Part shown: positions 18,192 through 28,009 of the stretch, one piece after another
Position numbering within the stretch: the first letter of the stretch is position 1
How the letters are laid out: each line of letters begins with the position of its first letter
Assembly (NCBI GenBank): GCA_965219445.1
Contig: CBDCNQ010000005.1
Location: forward strand, 1,504,001 to 1,568,000
Length of the DNA: 64,000 nt
Source: Longimicrobiales bacterium
GTDB taxonomy: Bacteria > Gemmatimonadota > Gemmatimonadetes > Longimicrobiales > Gaopeijiaceae
Direction of reading: 5' to 3'
Notes under the pieces: generated by a model
Seen by the model: only the letters and a program-made list of their open reading frames with translations
Told to the model about the DNA's origin: nothing
The model's database searches: none
Made by a program: the position numbers and the translations under genes

Positions 18192-18472
18192 TCCGAGCCA
18201 TCCGCTTTTATCAACGAGCCCTCTCTCCGCTCACCGGGCCCTCCTGCCGCTTCACACCCACATGCTCCGAGTTCGCGGTCGGCGCCATCGACCGGTACGG
18301 GGCGCTTTCTGGGGGGTGGCTGGCGTTCAAGCGGATCCTGCGCTGTCATCCGTTCGGAGGGCAAGGCTATGACCCGGTTCCCGAAGTCACAGCTACCGAA
18401 TCGATTGCGGGGGACACGCGCATACAGAACACATACTCCCGGGACGTGCATTCACGTGAGGGCATGAGATAG
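18173..18472 (+). CDS. yidD: Membrane protein insertion efficiency factor YidD
   Basis: [29 protein letters not shown]. Confidence 0.95.
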   Translation: MFRRGMIRAIRFYQRALSPLTGPSCRFTPTCSEFAVGAIDRYGALSGGWLAFKRILRCHPFGGQGYDPVPEVTATESIAGDTRIQNTYSRDVHSREGMR

Positions 18473-20227
18473 ATGCCGCAAGAAGCACGGTTCCTGCTGG
18501 CCATCACGCTGATGATTCTCGTTCTCATCACGACGAACATCTTGTTTCCGCCGGTCCCCCCCCAGGAGGGAGTCGGATCGGAGGGCGATGCACCGGGACA
18601 GCTCGACAGTTCTGGGGCCGCTGGTGCACCGAGCATACCGCTGGGAGAGCCGGACACCGGGACGGGAGCGAGCGCGGATCAGCCCGATGCCCCTGCGGGC
18701 CAGCCAGGGGCGGTGCCGGGTCCGTTCGACCGGCCTAGGGACCCCGCCGCGGGGGCCCGCGGGGATACGGTCGTCGTCGAGGGCCCTCTGTACCGGCTCG
18801 AGTGGAGTACGACTGGGGCCCGGCTGATGTCGGCTCAATTGCTTCAATTTCAATCGTTCGATCAAGAGGGTGTCGTCGAGCTCATCGTCCCCGGAAGCGA
18901 TGGCGCGTTGGCAATGCAACTTCGGGTCGCCGAGGGCGCACTCGACCTCGGTGCAGAGGCGTTCGAAGTCGAGCCGGCCGATGGTCTGCGACTCATCGAG
19001 GGTGATGGGCCTCGGACCCTGACTTTCCGGTATCGGCACCCCTCGGGCGCTCTCACGCTCGAAACCGCCTACACCTTCGAGCCCTCGTCGTACGTCGTTG
19101 ACGTGCGAACTGAGGTCGTGGGTGCGGATGGTGCGTTGATTCTCACGTCGATGGGCTCGGGGCTCCAGTATAGCGAGCGTAACCGCGCCGAAGAGTCACG
19201 GATAATGGGGTACGTTACGAACCACCTGAGTGAGGGGATCGACGATGAGATCCTCAGTCGGGTCGACTCCGACCGCACACTTGAGGGACCCCTCCTGTGG
19301 GCTGCACTCAAGAGCAAGTACTTCATCTTCGCGTTCGTCCCGGGCCGCGAAGGCAATGAGGAGTATCTGGGAGGGTTGATCGCGAGCCCCGCTCCGGGCG
19401 AAGACCAGGCGGCGATCGCCGTCACTCAGGCTGTGGGCAACAGCGGCGTGTTGGAGCACCGAATCTTTCTCGGGCCACAGGAGCGCGACCTCCTGATCGC
19501 GTTCGAGAACGATCTGGAAGAGGCGAACCCGTACGGCTACCGCTGGATGCGGCCGGTCGTCCGACCCGTGGTGGCGGTCGTGTTGTCGATCCTGACCTTT
19601 TTGCACACGAATCTGGCCGTCGGGTACGGCTGGGTGCTCATCATCTTCGGCGTCATGATGCGCGTTCTGACCTTCCCGCTGAACCAGAAGGCGATGCGCG
19701 CGCAGATGCGGAACATGGCGGTGCAGCCGTTGCTTCAGGAGATCCAGAAGAAGTACAAGGACCAGCCGGAGAAGCTCCAGAAGGAGATGATGAAGCTGTA
19801 CAAGGACCACGGCTTCAATCCGTTGGCCGGGTGTCTGCCGATGCTTCTTCCGTGGCCCGTGTTGATCACGTTGTTCTTCGTGTTCAGAAACACGATTCAG
19901 TTACGTGGGGAGAGCTTTCTTTGGCTGCCGAACCTTGCGGACGCCGACCCGCTCTACGTCCTCCCGATCCTGCTGGGCGTGTCAATGTTCTTCATGCAGT
20001 GGATCTCGGTCCGATCCATGCCTGAGCCCAATCCGCAGATGAAGATGATGCTGTGGATCATGCCTATCATGATGACCTTCATCTTCTTCAACTTTGCGTC
20101 CGGCCTGAACCTCTACTACGCCACGTCCAATGTGGCGACGATCCCGCAGCAATACTTGATAGCCAAGGAGCGTCAACAGCTCCGGGAGACGACACCGATG
20201 CATCAGCCCGCAACGAGCGGTGACTGA
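18473..20227 (+). CDS. yidC: Membrane protein insertase YidC
   Basis: KSKYF, YGWVLII, NPLAGCLP, LWLPNLA.DP, GLNLYY. Confidence 0.97.
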   Translation: MPQEARFLLAITLMILVLITTNILFPPVPPQEGVGSEGDAPGQLDSSGAAGAPSIPLGEPDTGTGASADQPDAPAGQPGAVPGPFDRPRDPAAGARGDTVVVEGPLYRLEWSTTGARLMSAQLLQFQSFDQEGVVELIVPGSDGALAMQLRVAEGALDLGAEAFEVEPADGLRLIEGDGPRTLTFRYRHPSGALTLETAYTFEPSSYVVDVRTEVVGADGALILTSMGSGLQYSERNRAEESRIMGYVTNHLSEGIDDEILSRVDSDRTLEGPLLWAALKSKYFIFAFVPGREGNEEYLGGLIASPAPGEDQAAIAVTQAVGNSGVLEHRIFLGPQERDLLIAFENDLEEANPYGYRWMRPVVRPVVAVVLSILTFLHTNLAVGYGWVLIIFGVMMRVLTFPLNQKAMRAQMRNMAVQPLLQEIQKKYKDQPEKLQKEMMKLYKDHGFNPLAGCLPMLLPWPVLITLFFVFRNTIQLRGESFLWLPNLADADPLYVLPILLGVSMFFMQWISVRSMPEPNPQMKMMLWIMPIMMTFIFFNFASGLNLYYATSNVATIPQQYLIAKERQQLRETTPMHQPATSGD

Positions 20228-21632
20228 CGAAGCCTCCAACCGGCCTCCCGAGCTGGCGGTGGACTCCATCGCGGCGTTGGCTACCGCCGCGGGGCCAGGC
20301 GCGATCGCTTTGGTGCGTATTTCCGGACCCGAGGCCTTCCAGATCCTCGAGGCCCTCACGTCCGACCAGGACGAGCCAGCCCCGCGGACAGCCAGTGTAC
20401 GTTCGATAACTGCGGGCGAGGGCGGGGATCTCCTGGACCGGGCGCTCGTGACCACGTTCCCGCGGCCGGACAGCTACACCGGTGAGGACATGGTCGAGAT
20501 CTCCTGCCACGGCGGTTGGCTGGTGCCCCGGTTGATCCTGGATGCGTGCATTGCGGGAGGGGCTCGCTTGGCCGAGCCGGGTGAGTTCACCCGCCGGGCG
20601 GTCCTGTACGGGAAGATGGATCTGGTGCAAGCCGAGGCCGTGCTCGATTTGATCGAAGGGCGGAGTAAGGCCCAGCACGACGCGGCTCTGTTCCAAGTCG
20701 AGCGAGGTCTGAGTCGACGGATCGCGGAGCTCCGAGAGCAACTCGTCACCCTCGAGGCGTACCTGGCCCATCACATCGATTTCCCGGAAGAGGACGAAGC
20801 GCCCATGCCGGTGGATGCCATCGTGAATGCGGCCGCGGCACTGCGGGAAGCTCTGGAGGAGCTCCTGGAGACCGCGCCGGAGGGGGAGCTCCTCAGGGAG
20901 GGGGCCCTGACGGTGCTCGCCGGTCCACCGAACAGCGGTAAGTCTAGTCTGTACAACACTTTACTGGGAGAGGAGCGAGCCATCGTCACCGAGGTACCCG
21001 GCACGACCCGGGACGCCCTCGAGGCCGTGATCTCGGTTGGGGGCTTTCCCTTCCGCTTGGTCGACACCGCCGGGCTCCACGATTCGGATGATCGTGTGGA
21101 GGAGCTCGGGATCGAGGTGGCGCGTCGGTATCTCGACCGCGCGGATCTCGTGCTTTTCTGCGTAGAATCCCATACGGAGGTGGGGTCGGCCGAGCGGGAG
21201 TTCTTGGCGGGGTTGGGGGATGTCCCGACGGTTTTGCTAAGGACCAAGGCCGATTTGGCGTCCGGAGCAGGCGCGTCCCAGGGTCTGGCATCGGGGAATG
21301 GCGCCAATGTGAGTGAGAGTGTCGAGCTGTCTGTGGTCGACGGAACCGGGCTGGGACGCCTTCATGCGCTTCTTCCCGAAATGGTCTACGGGGGGCTCGC
21401 TCGGACGGGTGTATCTGTGCCCGCGCTTACCCGAGCCCGGCAGTCGGAGGCGGTCCGGAGGGCTCGCGATCATGTGGTGGCGTTCATGACGACGTTGGAG
21501 GGGGGTACGCCGGTTGCGGTGGCGTCGGCCCAGCTTCGGCCTGCGGAGACGGCCCTGGAGGAGTTGCTCGGACTGATTTCGACCGACGAGATTCTAGATC
21601 GGGTCTTCCGCGAGTTTTGTATTGGCAAGTAG
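20220..21632 (+). CDS. mnmE: tRNA modification GTPase MnmE
   Basis: SYTGED, GEFTRRA, GPPNSGKSSL, PGTTRD, DTAG, FCIGK. Confidence 0.97.
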   Translation: MTDEASNRPPELAVDSIAALATAAGPGAIALVRISGPEAFQILEALTSDQDEPAPRTASVRSITAGEGGDLLDRALVTTFPRPDSYTGEDMVEISCHGGWLVPRLILDACIAGGARLAEPGEFTRRAVLYGKMDLVQAEAVLDLIEGRSKAQHDAALFQVERGLSRRIAELREQLVTLEAYLAHHIDFPEEDEAPMPVDAIVNAAAALREALEELLETAPEGELLREGALTVLAGPPNSGKSSLYNTLLGEERAIVTEVPGTTRDALEAVISVGGFPFRLVDTAGLHDSDDRVEELGIEVARRYLDRADLVLFCVESHTEVGSAEREFLAGLGDVPTVLLRTKADLASGAGASQGLASGNGANVSESVELSVVDGTGLGRLHALLPEMVYGGLARTGVSVPALTRARQSEAVRRARDHVVAFMTTLEGGTPVAVASAQLRPAETALEELLGLISTDEILDRVFREFCIGK

Positions 21633-21694
21633 AGTTTTGTGGCAAGGAAGGGACGTCGGCGAGGACGTTGGCACGGGACGGGGATGTACCGTAC

Positions 21695-21982
21695 ATGAGC
21701 GATTCCGAGTCTGAGTGGCAGCAGCGGGGCTTTCGAGTCCGCGGACGGGTACAGGGGGTCGGTTTCCGATGGTGGACGCGCGGTAGAGCGTCGAAGTTCG
21801 GCCTACGGGGTACCGTCGCGAACCGACCTGACGGTACAGTGGAGGTTCACGTGGTCGGGGACATCGAGACGCTCGAAGCCTTTGCCGCCGAGCTGGAGGT
21901 CGGTCCGCCGATGGCACGAGTCGAGGGAGTCGACGGCTTTCGGTCGGACGCGAGCCTCCCGACCCATTTTGAGATCATTTAA
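21695..21982 (+). CDS. acyP: Acylphosphatase
   Basis: GRVQGVGFR, V.NRPDGTVE, GPPMARV. Confidence 0.93.
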   Translation: MSDSESEWQQRGFRVRGRVQGVGFRWWTRGRASKFGLRGTVANRPDGTVEVHVVGDIETLEAFAAELEVGPPMARVEGVDGFRSDASLPTHFEII

Positions 21983-22001
21983 TGCAGCGGGTTTGTGATC
22001 C

Positions 22002-23924
22002 ATGACGGATTCTCAATTCAAGAAGCTTTCCTACGATGTGATCGTCGTCGGGGGTGGCCATGCCGGCTCCGAGGCCGCAGCCGCGGCCGCACGGATCGGA
22101 GCTAGAACGCTGTTGATCACGCCCGATCTCGCCCGGGTCGGGCAGATGAGCTGTAACCCCGCGATCGGAGGAGTAGCGAAAGGCGTGGTCGCGAGGGAAG
22201 TGGACGCGCTGGGTGGAATCATGGGCCGTGCGACCGATGCGGCGCGGATTCAGTTCCGGATGTTGAACCGCTCGAAAGGGCCGGCCGTGTGGAGTCCCCG
22301 AGCCCAGTGTGACCGGGGCCTCTATCCCCTGGCTGTGCGAAAGGCGCTCGACCAGGTCCCCGGCCTTTGCCTCCATGGGGACATGGTGACGGGCCTGCTC
22401 ATGGAGCAGGGTCGGGCGGCCGGAGTGCGGACAGGTGGAGGCCTCGAGTTCCGTGCGCAGGCGGTCGTGGTGACGGCCGGTACGTTCCTGCGAGGCAGGA
22501 TCCATATTGGGGGCGATGCCAGTGTGGGGGCGGGCCGGGCCGGAGAGGCGCCTTCGGTCGAGTTGGCGGAGGAATTGGAGGCGCGTGGTCTCGAAATCGC
22601 CCGGTTCAAGACCGGTACGCCTCCCCGCATCGACGGACGGAGCGTGGATTTCACCCGCACGGAGCGGCAGGACGGTGATCCGCAGGACTTCCGTTTTTCC
22701 TCCTATACAAGGGAGAGTATCCCCGAGCAGCGGCCCTGCTGGATCACGTGGACCGGGGCGGGGCTTCGTGAGGTTGTCGAGCGTAGTCTGGACCAGAGCG
22801 CTCTCTTTGGAGGCGAGATCTCCGGGCGTGGGCCACGGTACTGTCCCTCGATCGAGGACAAGATCGTCCGGTTTCCGGACGCGCCCCGTCATCAGGTCTT
22901 CCTGGAACCGGAGGGGTTGGAGACCACCGAGCTCTATGTGAACGGCCTGTCGACGTCGCTACCTGCCGACGTTCAAGTGGAGTTTCTCCATACGGTTCCC
23001 GGCCTCGAGCGTGTGGAAGTGACGAGGGTCGGGTACGCGATCGAATACGATTATTTCCCACCTCACCAACTGAGGCATACCCTGGAGTTGAGGGAATTTC
23101 CAGGCCTCTACTTCGCGGGGCAGATCAACGGGACGACCGGGTACGAGGAGGCTGCAGGCCAGGGACTGATGGCGGGGGCGAATGCCGCGCTGAGGGTTCT
23201 TGGGCGGGCTCCGTTCGTGCTCGAGCGGGACGAGGCCTATATCGGTGTCTTGATCGACGACCTGATCACCAAGGGGACGGACGAGCCGTACCGTCTGTTC
23301 ACATCCCGAGCCGAGTTCAGGCTCTTGCTCCGACAGGACAATGCGAGCCGACGCCTCGGCCCCCGAGCCAGAGAAATCGGTCTGCTGACGGAGATGCAGA
23401 GCGAGGCGCTCGCCACAATCGAAGAACGAGAGGCTCGAGTCCGAAAGTGGTTCGTCGAAACCGTGATCGATCCGGCGAGCGTCAACCCGTTGCTGCAGGA
23501 CCGTGGCAGCAGTCCCGTGACGCAGTCTGCGCGAGCGTCCGAGCTCTTAAAGCGTCCGGAAGTACCGGCGAGTGGGCTCGCGAACGCCGGAGGGGCCGCA
23601 TTCGACCCCATTGCGGATGCGGACGCGCTGGCCGCGGTCGAGATCGAGCTCAAATACGAGGGATATGTACGGCGTGAGGCCGAGCGCGCCCTGAGCCTAC
23701 GAAGGCAGGCGGACTTCGAGTTGCCCCATGAGCTTCCCTACGAAGGGCTGCTGAGCCTCTCCTCCGAGGCGAGGGAAAAATTGGCGCGGGTCCGTCCCTC
23801 CTCTCTTGCGCAGGCAGGCCGGATACCGGGCGTGTCCCCGGCGGATTTACAGAGCCTGATCCTAGAGGTCCGGCGATGGCGCCGGGACGGATCGACGGAG
23901 GCGGTGGCGAAGAGCGGTGCCTGA
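22002..23924 (+). CDS. mnmG: tRNA uridine 5-carboxymethylaminomethyl modification enzyme MnmG (GidA)
   Basis: GGGHAG.EAA, MSCNPAIGG, RFKTGTPPR, GPRYCPSIEDK, AGQINGTTGYEEAA. Confidence 0.98.
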   Translation: MTDSQFKKLSYDVIVVGGGHAGSEAAAAAARIGARTLLITPDLARVGQMSCNPAIGGVAKGVVAREVDALGGIMGRATDAARIQFRMLNRSKGPAVWSPRAQCDRGLYPLAVRKALDQVPGLCLHGDMVTGLLMEQGRAAGVRTGGGLEFRAQAVVVTAGTFLRGRIHIGGDASVGAGRAGEAPSVELAEELEARGLEIARFKTGTPPRIDGRSVDFTRTERQDGDPQDFRFSSYTRESIPEQRPCWITWTGAGLREVVERSLDQSALFGGEISGRGPRYCPSIEDKIVRFPDAPRHQVFLEPEGLETTELYVNGLSTSLPADVQVEFLHTVPGLERVEVTRVGYAIEYDYFPPHQLRHTLELREFPGLYFAGQINGTTGYEEAAGQGLMAGANAALRVLGRAPFVLERDEAYIGVLIDDLITKGTDEPYRLFTSRAEFRLLLRQDNASRRLGPRAREIGLLTEMQSEALATIEEREARVRKWFVETVIDPASVNPLLQDRGSSPVTQSARASELLKRPEVPASGLANAGGAAFDPIADADALAAVEIELKYEGYVRREAERALSLRRQADFELPHELPYEGLLSLSSEAREKLARVRPSSLAQAGRIPGVSPADLQSLILEVRRWRRDGSTEAVAKSGA

Positions 23925-23925
23925 C

Positions 23926-23941
23926 TGTTTCACGTGAAACA
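23926..23941. promoter_or_regulatory. parS: parS centromere site 1
   Basis: Perfect palindrome TGTTTCACGTGAAACA. Confidence 0.95.
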
Positions 23942-23961
23942 GACGGAGGAGTCCCGAGACA

Positions 23962-23977
23962 GGTTTCACGTGAAACA
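23962..23977. promoter_or_regulatory. parS: parS centromere site 2
   Basis: GGTTTCACGTGAAACA, 1 mismatch. Confidence 0.9.
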
Positions 23978-24009
23978 CCCCGCCCCTCGGTCCGGGTGCT
24001 CGCGGGAAG

Positions 24010-24489
24010 CTACCTGGGGATCAGCACCTGTCTGAGCATGGCCGGTTCAGGGGTGCGGTCGAGGTTGAAGTCGAACTCGCTCTCACCCTCCAGAATGACG
24101 GAGTCGCCCACTCGCTGCCACAGGGCCCGTGACTCAGGTCCCGCGGGCGACTCTGGCATGAGGACGACGAACGCACCGTCGACCGTGAGTTTCCCGATTT
24201 CGCTACTGGATTGCCCGCCCCCCTCCAAAATCGCCGTGTAGCGTCCAGACGGTTGGACCAAGAGTGTGAAGACCGCCCCGAGTGCTGTCAGATCCGTGGA
24301 CACGTCTGGATTCGCCAGGCTCGTCATCACCATTGAATCGGCCAGCCAGTCACCCACCATGAAGTCGGGGTTCAGGTCCGGATCGGTTGGGTCGCTTCCG
24401 CACCCGGTCGCACCAATGGCTACGGCGCCAATAACGCTGAGCACTCGCAACCCGTTTCGTATGTGAACGAGAGGACTTTTCGCGTTCAT
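24010..24489 (-). CDS. Hypothetical lipoprotein (lipocalin-like beta fold)
   Basis: Lipobox ATGC-GSD, MVGDW strand; start uncertain (24489 or 24516). Confidence 0.65.
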   Translation of the reverse strand: MNAKSPLVHIRNGLRVLSVIGAVAIGATGCGSDPTDPDLNPDFMVGDWLADSMVMTSLANPDVSTDLTALGAVFTLLVQPSGRYTAILEGGGQSSSEIGKLTVDGAFVVLMPESPAGPESRALWQRVGDSVILEGESEFDFNLDRTPEPAMLRQVLIPR

Positions 24490-24677
24490 GACAGTCCATT
24501 GGGGGGAGAAGAACATGAAAGGCGACGATGCCAGACAATCGCTCCGCCGCGCCTGAGTTTCGGCAAGCCATCACGCGTCGGCAAGAGGCAGCGGAACATG
24601 TCCTTGCGTTTTGCTCCCGCTTGGACGACCGTTTATTCTAGACGCACCCCGAAGGTTCATTCCAACGGTTTGTTCGC

Positions 24678-25460
24678 ATGTCCCGCGTCATCGCCATCGC
24701 CAACCAAAAGGGCGGTGTGGGTAAGACCACGACCGCCATTAACCTGGGCGCCGCAATCGCGGTGGCCGAGGCTCGGACGTTGGTCGTCGATCTGGACCCG
24801 CAGGGGAACGCCTCGAGTGGACTAGGGCTTTCACCGGGCGACGACGAGCGCGTCACGATCTATGACGTTCTCATGAGTGGTGGGGATGCCAAAGCAGCTG
24901 TACGTGCGTCGGTTCAGTTCCCCCTTCTTGACCTCATGCCGAGTACGAGGGACTTGGTGGGTGCGGAGATCGAGCTCGTCGGCGCCTTGAGCCGGGAGAC
25001 GATTCTTCGCCGAGTCCTGGAGCCGATTCGGTCCGACTACGATTTCATCCTCCTGGACTGTCCGCCCTCACTCGGGCTTCTGACCCTGAATGCTCTTACG
25101 GCTTCCGACTCTCTGTTGATTCCGATCCAATGTGAGTTCTATGCCCTGGAGGGTCTCAGTCAGCTGCTCAACACCGTCCGGCTAGTCCAGCGGGCGCTCA
25201 ATCCGCAACTCGAGATCGAAGGCGTGCTGCTCACGATGTTCGACGGGCGACTCAACCTTGCGAGACAAGTGGCCGCCGAGGCGAAGGAGTATTTCGGAGA
25301 CCGTGTCTACAAGACATCCATTCCGCGAAATGTTCGGTTAGCCGAGGCCCCGTCCTTCGGGCAGCCGATCCTCCGTTACGACGTTTTGTCCAACGGGGCC
25401 CAGAGCTATCTGTCGCTCGCCGAGGAGCTCATGGCGGGTCACGAACCGACGGCGGCGTGA
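24678..25460 (+). CDS. parA: Chromosome partitioning ATPase ParA/Soj
   Basis: ANQKGGVGKTTT, DLDPQGNAS, DCPPSLG, IPRNVRLAEAPSFG. Confidence 0.97.
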   Translation: MSRVIAIANQKGGVGKTTTAINLGAAIAVAEARTLVVDLDPQGNASSGLGLSPGDDERVTIYDVLMSGGDAKAAVRASVQFPLLDLMPSTRDLVGAEIELVGALSRETILRRVLEPIRSDYDFILLDCPPSLGLLTLNALTASDSLLIPIQCEFYALEGLSQLLNTVRLVQRALNPQLEIEGVLLTMFDGRLNLARQVAAEAKEYFGDRVYKTSIPRNVRLAEAPSFGQPILRYDVLSNGAQSYLSLAEELMAGHEPTAA

Positions 25461-25515
25461 TGGCACGGCGGCCCGATGGCGGTGCTCCGTTCCTTCCTAC
25501 GGAGGATATAGGCGA

Positions 25516-26415
25516 GTGAGTCTGCCACCGAAGAAGGCACGTCTCGGCAAGGGGCTTGGCGCCTTGCTCGGTGAGTATTTGGACGAGGCCCCGAGGCACG
25601 AGGCGCAGCTCGTCGACGTGAAATCGATCGGCCCTAACCCACAACAGCCCCGCAAGACCTTCTCTGCGGAAGAGTTGGCAGAGCTGGCCCAATCCATCGA
25701 GGAGAATGGCCTCCTTCAGCCGCTCTTGCTCCGACCGGCTCCGAAGGTCCTGGGTAAATACGAGTTGGTCGCTGGCGAGCGCCGCTTGCGCGCCGTCCAG
25801 AAGCTTGGCTGGAAGCAGGTCCCGGCGGTCACCCGGGACGTCGACGATAACACGCTCCTGGTCCTTGCTCTCGTGGAAAACCTTCAGCGCGAGGCGCTGA
25901 ACCCCATGGAAGAGGCTGAGGGGTACCAGGTTCTCATGGACAAGCACGGACTGAGTCACGGCCAGATCGGGCACTCCGTCGGCAAGAGCCGCTCGACGGT
26001 GGCGAATGTGGTCCGCCTTCTTCAGTTGCCGGTGTCGGTGCGTGGGTATGTGGAGTTGGGATCGCTCACGAGCGGACATGCCAGAGCGCTGCTCGCTCTC
26101 GACGATGAGAAAAAGATGGTGGGGCTCGCCCGGAAGGCCATCAACGAGGGTTGGTCTGTCCGTGAGATGGAGGGTCATGCCGGGGTCGAATCGGTCAGGA
26201 AAACGAAGAAATCGAAGCGGCGCCCGTCCAAGCACCGGGATCCGGTGGTTCGGGCTCTCGAGGAAGATCTGCGGGCAGCGCTCGCGACCAAAGCGAGCGT
26301 CCGGCTTCGTCGAGGCGGCTCCGGTGTGATTGAGGTGCCGTTCCGCAATCACGAGGACTTCGAGCGAGTCTTCCAACTGATCACGGGCCGAGAGGCGTCG
26401 GAGGTCGTGTCATGA
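25516..26415 (+). CDS. parB: Chromosome partitioning protein ParB
   Basis: LGKGLGALL, QPRK.F, AGERRLRA, ENLQRE.LNP.EEA, GHARALL. Confidence 0.97.
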   Translation: MSLPPKKARLGKGLGALLGEYLDEAPRHEAQLVDVKSIGPNPQQPRKTFSAEELAELAQSIEENGLLQPLLLRPAPKVLGKYELVAGERRLRAVQKLGWKQVPAVTRDVDDNTLLVLALVENLQREALNPMEEAEGYQVLMDKHGLSHGQIGHSVGKSRSTVANVVRLLQLPVSVRGYVELGSLTSGHARALLALDDEKKMVGLARKAINEGWSVREMEGHAGVESVRKTKKSKRRPSKHRDPVVRALEEDLRAALATKASVRLRRGGSGVIEVPFRNHEDFERVFQLITGREASEVVS

Positions 26416-27167
26416 AGGGCCCCGTCATGCGGATCATTTTTGTGCCGGCCACCAGCCAGAGCCGGACGTACGAGGTCTCATACAGGCGCCTGCGCGTGCT
26501 CCGCGGTCTCGCCCTCGGCTGCGGCGTGGCGGTGGCGTTCTTGATCGTGACGTGGGCGTACATGGCCTCGCGTGTCGCCCACGTGGCGGAGCTTGAGGCA
26601 GAGGTCGCATTGATGCGTGCGGATCGAGAACGGATTCCCGGACTGATGCGCCAGCTCAATACCGTCGAACGTCAGTATTCGGACATTCTTGGTCTCTTTG
26701 CTCCCGATGGCGCGGGGGCGCCCTCGGAACTTTGGCTCCCGCCTCCGGGCTCTCTCAGCCGCTCCTCGGGTGGTGACGACGGGCGCGACGGCCAACCCGA
26801 TAGCTGGCCGCTCGCCGAGCGTGGCTTCGTGACCCGGCGCATCGATGAGGGTGGACAACCCCACCCGGGCCTGGACATCGCAACGCCCACTGGCTCATAT
26901 ATTCGCGCCGCGGGTGCGGGCCGAGTCATCGAGGTCGGCGAGGATTCCACATACGGAAAGTATGTGAGGATCGATCATGACAACGGGTACGAGACCTTGT
27001 ACGGCCATGCGTCCGATACGTCGGTCGAGCTCGGGGAGGAAGTACGGAAGAACGAGGTAATCGGGCTGAGTGGGTCGACCGGCGAATCGACGGGGCCTCA
27101 CTTGCACTTCGAGATCCTATTCGAGGGAGAGGAAGTTGATCCTCTCGGGTTGGTACAACAACCATGA
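26412..27167 (+). CDS. M23 metallopeptidase with TM and coiled coil
   Basis: HPGLD, YGH, STGPHLHFE; ATGA overlap with parB. Confidence 0.92.
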   Translation: MKGPVMRIIFVPATSQSRTYEVSYRRLRVLRGLALGCGVAVAFLIVTWAYMASRVAHVAELEAEVALMRADRERIPGLMRQLNTVERQYSDILGLFAPDGAGAPSELWLPPPGSLSRSSGGDDGRDGQPDSWPLAERGFVTRRIDEGGQPHPGLDIATPTGSYIRAAGAGRVIEVGEDSTYGKYVRIDHDNGYETLYGHASDTSVELGEEVRKNEVIGLSGSTGESTGPHLHFEILFEGEEVDPLGLVQQP

Positions 27168-27188
27168 ATCACAAAGGATTAGGACGAT

Positions 27189-27812
27189 ATGGCCAAGCCT
27201 CCCCCCACCTCTAACATTCCCCCCGAGGCGGTGATTTCGATCATTGGCGCAGGCATGACCCTGGACGGCGACTCGGAGACAAATGGCTCGCTACGCGTCG
27301 AGGGTACGATCCGTGGCAATGTTCGGGCCGGCAAGTCTGTGGTGATCGGCAAGGATGGCCTGGTGGACGGGAGCATCTTCACCCAGGATGCAGTGGTTGC
27401 CGGTTGTGTTTCGGGTGGAATTCACGCCGTATCTCGCCTCGAGCTTCTAGCGACCAGTGAAGTTTCGGGCGAAATCGAGGCCCCCAGGATGCAAGTCGAG
27501 GAGGGTGCCAAGGTCCAGGGACAGGTAGCAATCGGTGAATCGAGTGGGCCGGGGGCTTTCAAGGCTCCGCGGCCAGAGACCCGGAGTGGCGAAGGAAAAG
27601 ACGAGTCGGGGACGGAGCCGGCGGATCCAGAACCGGGCGACGCAGACCCAGAGGACCTGGAGGCGCTGCACGCTGAATCGGGGGAGCCTGAGTTGGAGGA
27701 GCCGGAAGGGGAGGAACTTGAGGCGGTGCAGCCTGAAGCGGAGGAGCCGGAGTCAGACGAGCTCGAACCCGAGGAACTCGAAGCGGCTCAGCCGGAACGC
27801 TCCCGGGATTGA
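27189..27812 (+). CDS. Bactofilin (polymer-forming cytoskeletal protein) with acidic repeat tail
   Basis: SIIGAGMTLDGD..GSLRVEGTIRG..V.GEI....QVEEGA. Confidence 0.92.
   Translation: MAKPPPTSNIPPEAVISIIGAGMTLDGDSETNGSLRVEGTIRGNVRAGKSVVIGKDGLVDGSIFTQDAVVAGCVSGGIHAVSRLELLATSEVSGEIEAPRMQVEEGAKVQGQVAIGESSGPGAFKAPRPETRSGEGKDESGTEPADPEPGDADPEDLEALHAESGEPELEEPEGEELEAVQPEAEEPESDELEPEELEAAQPERSRD
27651..27797 (+). repeat. Degenerate 60-bp (20-aa) tandem repeat in the bactofilin tail
   Basis: GAGGACCTGGAGGCG / GAGGAACTTGAGGCG / GAGGAACTCGAAGCG at 27651, 27711, 27771. Confidence 0.75.
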
Positions 27813-27879
27813 TAGGGGACGGGCCCGGACCCGTTGGAGCGGCAGGGCCACCCCGGGATCGGCGATATGCAGGGGCTAT

Positions 27880-27991
27880 TTATCCACAGAACGTGGACAA
27901 TTGCCTTAATCCATTACGTGACAATGATTTACACCGGATATGACCCGGGCGACACCCCTGCGGGCAGTCGTTTTACGGGTACTTTTCCACA
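27880..27991. promoter_or_regulatory. DnaA-box cluster
   Basis: TTATCCACA 27880-27888, CGTGGACAA 27892-27900 (reverse box), TTTTCCACA 27983-27991. Confidence 0.65.
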
Positions 27992-28009
27992 TTTCAGCCC
28001 GACGACACG

